A DNA stretch of 32,000 nucleotides from Acholeplasma laidlawii PG-8A (GTDB lineage: Bacteria; Bacillota_I; Bacilli_A; Acholeplasmatales; Acholeplasmataceae). The notes below the pieces were generated by a model. It ran no database searches. It was not told the DNA's origin and saw nothing but the letters and a program-made list of their open reading frames with translations. The stretch covers positions 990,001 through 1,022,000 of the forward strand of contig NC_010163.1 of assembly GCF_000018785.1 (NCBI RefSeq). Direction: 5' to 3'. Below, in pieces: positions 30,893 through 32,000 of the stretch (its first letter is position 1; the number at the start of each line of letters is the position of its first letter). A program made the position numbers and the translations under genes.

Positions 30893-31888
30893 ATGTATGT
30901 AGCAAACCCAGATAGATATCAAAAGATGCAGTATCGTAGATTGGGTAACAGTGGTTTAGTGTTACCTGTGCTATCTTTTGGTATGTGGTATAACTTTGGT
31001 GAGCATAATGATTATGATACATCCAAAGCAATGATTTTAAAAGCATTTGATCACGGTATCACACACTTTGATCTTGCGAATAATTATGGTCCACCTCCCG
31101 GACATGCAGAGACTGTAATGGGTCGCATTTTAAACGACGGTCTTATAGCTTATAGAGATGAAATCATTATTTCTACTAAAGCAGGATTTAGAATGCATGA
31201 TGGTCCTTATCAAGATGGCGGTTCAAGAAAGTACTTAATGTCTTCGCTTGATCAATCACTAAAAAGATTAGGTATCCCATATGTTGATATCTTCTACCAT
31301 CATAGATATGATAGTCAAACATCTTTAAGAGAGACAATGATTGCATTAAGGGATATTGTTTTAAGCGGTAAAGCATTATATGTAGGTTTATCAAACTATA
31401 ATGCAGAACAACTAAAAACAGCGCATAAAATACTTAATGAACTCAATGTTCCATATGTCATTACTCAGCCAAGCTATTCCATGTTAAATCGCTGGATTGA
31501 AAAAGATAATTTATTAGAAACTCAAAAAAACCTAGGTGGTGGCGTTATTTGTTATTCAGCACTCGCACAAGGTTTACTCACTAATAAGTATATTACAGGC
31601 ATTCCAAGTGATTCACGTGCCAAAAACCCTGACGCACTTTGGTTTAAAGAAAAAGATGTCACACCTGAAGTTGTTGAAAAGTTAAAAAAACTGGACTTGA
31701 TCGCATCCAAACGCGGTCAAACAATTGCACAAATGGCACTTGTTTGGACCTTAAGAGATGAAAAGATGACTTCTACTTTAATTTCTACATCAAAACCTAA
31801 ACAACTAGAAGAGAACCTAGCTGCATTAGATAATATGAATTTTACAGAAGATGAATTACTACAAATCGATCACATTTTAAATAGTTAG
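30893..31888 (+). CDS. Aldo/keto reductase, YghZ/L-glyceraldehyde-3-phosphate reductase-like
   Basis: YRRLGNSGLVLPVLSFGMWYNFG, FDLANNYGPPPGHAETVMG, STKAGFRMHDGPYQDGGSRKYLMSSLDQSLKRLG, VDIFYHHRYD; AGGAGG upstream. Confidence 0.92.
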   Translation: MYVANPDRYQKMQYRRLGNSGLVLPVLSFGMWYNFGEHNDYDTSKAMILKAFDHGITHFDLANNYGPPPGHAETVMGRILNDGLIAYRDEIIISTKAGFRMHDGPYQDGGSRKYLMSSLDQSLKRLGIPYVDIFYHHRYDSQTSLRETMIALRDIVLSGKALYVGLSNYNAEQLKTAHKILNELNVPYVITQPSYSMLNRWIEKDNLLETQKNLGGGVICYSALAQGLLTNKYITGIPSDSRAKNPDALWFKEKDVTPEVVEKLKKLDLIASKRGQTIAQMALVWTLRDEKMTSTLISTSKPKQLEENLAALDNMNFTEDELLQIDHILNS

Positions 31889-31895
31889 TATAGTT

Positions 31896-31926
31896 AAAGG
31901 CACCTTTAAAGGTGCCTTTATTTTTA
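31896..31926 (+). terminator. Rho-independent terminator, probably bidirectional
   Basis: AAAGGCACC-TTTAAA-GGTGCCTTT perfect palindrome followed by ATTTTTAT. Confidence 0.85.
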
Positions 31927-32000
31927 TAATTTATCAAAATAACCTTCTAAATATAAATTAAGTATTTTTTTATCTTTCCTAATGCCTAATGCACTTAAGT
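31924..32000 (-). CDS. Possible C-terminus of a convergent gene (partial, ...LSALGIRKDKKILNLYLEGYFDKL*)
   Basis: Open minus-strand frame to the window edge ending at TAA (31926-31924), adjacent to a palindromic terminator. Confidence 0.35.
   Translation of the reverse strand, partial: LSALGIRKDKKILNLYLEGYFDKL

Overview
The window looks like an Acholeplasma/Izemoplasma-like Mollicutes or low-GC Firmicutes chromosome. UGA is a real stop codon (the ATGA overlap at 1494-1497) and Trp is TGG, so this is the standard bacterial code. It is almost entirely a membrane-bioenergetics region. (1) A partial mgtE lies on the minus strand at the left edge. (2) A plus-strand operon at 550-5809 encodes homologues of NqrB/RnfD, NqrC/RnfG, NqrD/RnfE, NqrE/RnfA and NqrF, with no nqrA, rnfB or rnfC in the window. 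Its NqrC/RnfG homologue is enlarged to 656 aa and carries four tandem FMN-bind-like repeats. (3) A nine-gene V/A-type ATPase operon (ntp I-K-E-C-F-A-B-D preceded by a G/H-like stalk gene) is on the minus strand. (4) A roughly 680 bp gap carries an orphan near-consensus promoter. (5) A complete F-type ATPase operon (atpZ/I-like, atpI-like, B-E-F-H-A-G-D-C) is on the minus strand. (6) A tightly coupled minus-strand operon encodes a heterodimeric ABC exporter followed by TldD and TldE/PmbA. (7) A small minus-strand operon encodes a 110 aa protein, a DUF2089-like protein and a SHOCT/LiaX-N-like protein. (8) pepT and an aldo/keto reductase are on the plus strand. The most interesting signal is the NqrA-less, multi-flavin Nqr/Rnf-like complex next to two complete rotary ATPases whose c-subunits both keep Na+-type ligand residues. 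All product calls are by eye, with no database search.
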